DNA of 54,417 nucleotides, taken from NCBI GenBank assembly GCA_035563115.1, contig DATMVO010000425.1, positions 1 to 54,417 on the forward strand, in the 5' to 3' direction. Positions within the stretch are counted from its first letter, which is position 1; each line of letters starts with the position of its first letter. Of the stretch, positions 54,365 to 54,417 are shown piece by piece. A model generated the notes under the pieces. That model was given only the letters and a program-made list of their open reading frames with translations, searched no databases and was not told where the DNA came from. The translations under genes and the position numbers were made by a program. The DNA is from Solirubrobacteraceae bacterium (lineage in GTDB: Bacteria > Actinomycetota > Thermoleophilia > Solirubrobacterales > Solirubrobacteraceae).

Positions 54365-54417
54365 CAGAAGAACTCCCTCGGGACGCCCGCCGGAGCCGAG
54401 CGCCGAGCGGGCGGCGC

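Noticed and set aside
1-54417. CRISPR arrays, rRNA genes, integrase/recombinase genes
   Set aside because: I found no regularly spaced direct repeats with unique spacers, no rRNA-like conserved stretches, and no ORF with tyrosine or serine recombinase motifs on either strand.
54364-54417. 3' end of another minus-strand ORF (…APAGVPREFF*) whose stop overlaps the TcpC-like start by 1 nt
   Set aside because: Only 17 codons are visible, which is too short to annotate.

Overview
About 54 kb of very G+C-rich, densely coding DNA of actinobacterial character, with GTG starts, many 4-nt start/stop overlaps and long Arg/Pro-rich shadow ORFs antisense to real genes. I saw no rRNA, CRISPR array, intact tRNA or integrase. 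Nearly everything looks accessory. (1) 1-23.2 kb is a defence/mobile island. It holds the 3' end of an IS481-like transposase abutting a truncated AbiTii-like gene, a DUF433/PIN-like toxin-antitoxin (TA) pair, two tandem XRE regulators, and an ArsR/XRE - SEC-C - membrane mini-operon. It also holds a replication-relaxation-like protein, a DUF3800 protein and a complete class 1 DISARM operon (drmD-drmMI-drmA-drmB-drmC). An unknown sixth gene is translationally coupled to drmC, and PD-(D/E)xK-like and NERD genes lie upstream. (2) At about 23.25 kb a tRNA-Ser(CGA)-like 3' fragment without a 5' acceptor strand looks like an att-type junction. (3) 23.4-54.4 kb looks like an integrated conjugative element running off the right edge. 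Its cargo is rich in regulators: an RsbW-like kinase, a SpoIIE phosphatase, Crp, three sigma-70/ECF factors, an RskA-like anti-sigma, AraC, ArsR and an EAL protein. The cargo also has tatA, a Tat-signal ferritin-like protein, a methyltransferase and a secreted glycosidase-like protein. The backbone has parA plus a small partner, a CCGGT-iteron region, a MobF/TrwC relaxase-helicase, a coupling protein, a cell-wall hydrolase, a TrbL/VirB6-like protein, a VirB4-like ATPase and TcpE/TcpC-like proteins. A short prokaryotic Argonaute with a DUF4365(DREN)-APAZ partner (SPARDA-type) sits inside this backbone, between relaxase and coupling protein. Two defence-type genes (NERD, DREN-APAZ) carry apparent 1-nt frameshifts, the NERD one at a C5 homopolymer. 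All family assignments come from reading motifs by eye, with no searches run.
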